Source: Enterococcus florum
GTDB lineage: Bacteria; Bacillota; Bacilli; Lactobacillales; Enterococcaceae
Reading direction: 5' to 3'
Length of the DNA: 64,000 nucleotides
Assembly: GCF_004309355.1 (NCBI RefSeq)
Contig: NZ_BJCC01000038.1
Location: forward strand, 1-64,000
The position numbers were made by a program, and so were the translations under genes. Positions 62,742 to 64,000 of the stretch are shown here, piece after piece. The notes below the pieces were generated by a model. It had not been told where the DNA came from and did not search any database. It saw only the letters and a program-made list of their open reading frames with translations. The stretch's first letter is position 1. Each line of letters begins with the position of its first letter.

Positions 62742-63745
62742 AGCCGTTAAACGGAACATGGAAGATCGGAAACGTCGAGATCCCTAATCGGGTCGTGGTT
62801 GCCCCGATGGCTGGAATCACGAATGCGGCTTTTCGGGTGACGGTCAAGGAGTTTGGTGCTGGGTTGGTGGTGTGTGAGATGATCAGTGATCAGGGCATTC
62901 ATTTCCGTAATAAAAAAACCCTCGAGATGTTGTATATTGATGAACGTGAGCATCCGTTGAGTGTACAAATTTTTGGCGGCGGCAAAGAATCTCTGGTAGA
63001 GGCTGCCCGTTTTGTTCAAGAAAACACGGAAGCAGACATCATTGATATCAACATGGGCTGTCCCGTTAACAAAGTCATCAAGGCAGAAGCAGGGGCAAAA
63101 TGGCTGCTGGACCCAGAAAAGGTCTATGAGATGGTGCATGCCGTTTCTTCGGCGGTGGACATTCCTGTAACCGTCAAAATGCGGATCGGTTGGGATGCCA
63201 AGCATGTGTTTGCAGTAGAGAATGCTTTAGCAGCTGAAAGTGCCGGTGCTAAAGCGATTGCGATGCATGGCCGTACCCGTGTACAGATGTATGAAGGAAA
63301 AGCAGATTGGCAAGTGCTGAAACAAGTCGCCGATCGTCTGACGATCCCCTTTATGGGCAATGGAGATGTGCGCACGCCAGAGGATGCCAAACGAATGATC
63401 GAAGAGGTCGGGGTCGATGGTGTCATGATCGGTCGTGCGGCATTAGGAAATCCTTGGATGATCCGTCGAACGCAGCATTATTTAGAGACTGGAGAGCTGA
63501 TGGCTGAACCGACGCCTAGAGAAAAAATCACCACGGCTAAACTCCATTTGGAACGATTGGTTGAGCTGAAGGGGGAGAAAATTGCCTGTCGTGAATTTCG
63601 TCAACATGCCAGTTATTATCTAAAGGGCGTTCCCCGAGCGGCAAAGTTAAAAGTAGCGATCAATCAAACCGAAGAAAAGCAAGTAATCACTGATTTACTC
63701 GATCAATTCGTTGAAGCAAGCGAGGCAAAACAAAAAATCAGCTGA
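62738..63745 (+). CDS. dusB: tRNA-dihydrouridine synthase B
   Basis: FMN-binding TIM-barrel motifs (VAPMAGITN...DINMGCP). Confidence 0.93.
   Translation: MKPLNGTWKIGNVEIPNRVVVAPMAGITNAAFRVTVKEFGAGLVVCEMISDQGIHFRNKKTLEMLYIDEREHPLSVQIFGGGKESLVEAARFVQENTEADIIDINMGCPVNKVIKAEAGAKWLLDPEKVYEMVHAVSSAVDIPVTVKMRIGWDAKHVFAVENALAAESAGAKAIAMHGRTRVQMYEGKADWQVLKQVADRLTIPFMGNGDVRTPEDAKRMIEEVGVDGVMIGRAALGNPWMIRRTQHYLETGELMAEPTPREKITTAKLHLERLVELKGEKIACREFRQHASYYLKGVPRAAKLKVAINQTEEKQVITDLLDQFVEASEAKQKIS

Positions 63746-64000
<255 letters not shown>

Overview
This 64-kb window looks like a chromosomal segment from an Enterococcus-like member of the Lactobacillales, read from the sequence only. The gene content is closest to the E. 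faecium group. mreC-mreD is followed by a SagA-like NlpC/P60 hydrolase, there is an Ldt_fm-like L,D-transpeptidase of 467 aa, and a PP2C phosphatase sits next to a PASTA Ser/Thr kinase. The GC content looks higher by eye than the roughly 38% typical of E. faecium or E. faecalis, but I did not compute it. Most of the window is syntenic housekeeping core:
- rpsD
- NfeD and flotillin
- ymdB, a YmcA-like gene, mutS, mutL
- maf, msrB, ruvA, ruvB
- a TPP riboswitch in front of thiT
- srtA, gmk, rpoZ, priA, def, fmt, rsmB
- the Ser/Thr phosphatase and kinase pair, rsgA, rpe, thiN
- mreC, mreD, the SagA-like gene, ldh
- pth, mfd, yabM-like flippase, yabO, divIC, yabR, tilS, hpt, ftsH, hslO, dusB, and the start of lysS

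I did not recognise any rRNA, tRNA, CRISPR array, transposase or integrase.

Two regions look accessory.

1. The first region, at positions 55-3684, holds a two-component system (an OmpR-family response regulator and a histidine kinase). It is co-transcribed with a secreted protein rich in Gly, Asn, Cys and His that contains an internal repeat. An ArsR/CadC-like fragment follows. The whole block is bracketed by roughly 75-bp direct repeats that copy the 3' end and terminator of rpsD. Perfect 12-bp tandem repeats abut the two-component system promoter.

2. The second region, at positions 45711-47633, is AT-rich. It encodes a protein with about seven transmembrane helices and a C-terminal OmpR-type winged-helix DNA-binding domain. 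A G7 tract sits at its 5' end. Immediately downstream is an orphan bacterial tyrosine kinase (CpsD/CapB-like) with no CpsC/CapA-type partner. This is my best candidate for an undescribed signalling module.

Other notable observations:
- a probable poly-A frameshift in yebC
- rsgA without a canonical in-frame start codon
- an orphan strong terminator that may mark an sRNA
- a Cheo-box-like site upstream of ruvA
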